From Hemiscyllium ocellatum (lineage: Eukaryota): a stretch of DNA of 64,000 nucleotides. The stretch lies in contig NC_083410.1 of the NCBI RefSeq assembly GCF_020745735.1, positions 4,066,117 through 4,130,116 of the forward strand, read 5' to 3'. The number at the start of each line of letters is the position of its first letter. Within the stretch, counting starts at the first letter, position 1. Shown here piece by piece: positions 62,630 to 64,000 of the stretch. Both the position numbers and the translations under genes were made by a program. The notes beneath the pieces were generated by a model, which was given only the letters and a program-made list of their open reading frames with translations, made no database searches and was not told the DNA's origin.

Positions 62630-64000
62630 GAGGAAGTGAGGATTGCAGATCAGAGTTGAAAAGAGTGGTGCTGGAAAAGCACAGCCAATTAGGCAGCATC
62701 CGAGGAGCAGAAAAATTGATGTTTCAAGCATTAGCTCTTGATCAGGAATGAGGCTTGTGGTCTAAGGGGTCTGAGAGATAAATGGGAGGGGTGTGGAGCT
62801 GGGGGGCAAGGTAGCTGGGCATTCGATAGGTAGCTGATGGCGGGGGTGAAGTTGATAGGTCGGAGAGGAGGGTGGAGTGGATAGATGGGAAGGGTGATGG
62901 ACAGATAGGACAGTTCAAGAGGGTGGTGCCAAGTTGGAAGGTTCGATCTGGGATTAGGTGGGAGCAGGGTAAATGAGGAAACTGATGCAATCCACATTGA
63001 TCCCGTGTGGTTGGAGGGTCCCAAGGAGGAAATTGAGGTGTTGTTCCTCTAGGTGTCAGGTGGTTTGGTGGTGGAGGAGGCCCACTACTTGCATGTCCAC
63101 TGCGGATTAGGAGGGAGAGTTAAAGTGTTCGGCCAAGGGACAGTGTCCCAGAGATGTTCTCTGTAATGGTTCACAAGTAGGTGTCCTCTCTCCCCAGTGT
63201 AGAGGAGTCTACATCGGAGCAGCAGATAGAGTAGATGACGTGTGTGAAAGTGCAGGCAAATCTCTGCTGAATGTGGAAGGATCCTTTGAGGCCTTGGATG
63301 GAGGTTAAGGGGGAAGTGTGGGTGCAGGTTTTGCACTACTTGTGGTGGCAAGGAAGGTGCTGGGAGTGGAGGGTGGTTGTTTGGGGCATGGATCTTATAA
63401 GGGAATCACAGAAGGAATGTTCTCCCTGGAACACAGATTGGGGTGGGACGGATTTATATCCCTGGTGATGGGGTATGTTTGTAGGTTGTGGAAATGGTGG
63501 AGGATGACACGATGTATCTGGAGGCTGAGGGTGTGGAAGGTGAGGAGTAGGGTGATTCTGTCCATGTTGTGTTGGGAGGGGTGTGGTTCAAGGGCGTTGG
63601 TGTGGGAAATGGAGGAGATATGCTGGAGGGCATCGTTGAGCATATGGGAGGGGATTTTGTGGTCTTTGAAGAAGGAAGCCATCTGGGATGTTCTATTGTG
63701 GAATTGTTTCTCCTGGGAGCAGGTGTGGCAGAGGCAGAGGAATTGGGAATAAGGGATAGTGATTTTAAGAGGGCAGGCTTGGAGTAATCCACATAGCTTG
63801 TGGGTGTTATTGGGTTTGTACTGTACGCCCATATTGAGTCAGTCACCGGAAATGGAAATGGAGAGGTCCAGGAGGGGAGGAAGGTATCTGAGTTGGTCCA
63901 GGTGAGCCGAGGTCAGGATTGAAGGTTTTAGTGAGGTTGACAAACTGTTCAACCAAACTGTTCAACCTCCTCATGGGATCACATTGTGGTGCCGGTACAG
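62630..64000 (-). mobile_element. Penelope-like element, same family (window-truncated)
   Basis: Motifs IPYSQFLCLCHTCS, MASFFKDHK and RCRLLYTGERG, with a pseudo-LTR at 62630-62750. Confidence 0.85.

Noticed and set aside
1-64000. CRISPR arrays, rRNA, bona fide tRNA genes, canonical Ig C exons
   Set aside because: None seen. The tRNA-like A/B boxes belong to HE1 SINE heads, and no intact CLxxxF.P...W...Y.C.V.H exon was found on either strand.

Overview
This is non-bacterial vertebrate DNA, very probably from a shark or other elasmobranch, judging by HE1-type V-SINEs and by CR1, Penelope and Gmr1 retroelements. I found no intact protein-coding gene. Most of the window is decayed retroelements: many CR1 LINE fragments, several Penelope-like elements (PLEs), short PLE-derived elements with minimal hammerhead-ribozyme motifs, a Gmr1-type Ty3/Gypsy element, solo LTRs, and an internally deleted endogenous retrovirus with gag, pro, RNase H, integrase and env remnants. 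Between the repeats lies a decayed cluster of Ig-superfamily genes. There are four copies of a germline-joined V-J exon (5847-5995 -, 14375-14709 -, 43436-43600 +, 55681-56025 -). The three copies with an intact 3' end close on a phase-1 splice donor, and none has a recombination signal. There is also one intact signal-peptide exon (30217-30268 +) and four copies of a second, much more degenerate block that may be another Ig-like exon. All V-J copies are pseudogenes, but the 14.5 kb copy has only one lesion. Repeat boundaries are approximate and read by eye. Family assignments rest on recalled motifs, not on database searches.
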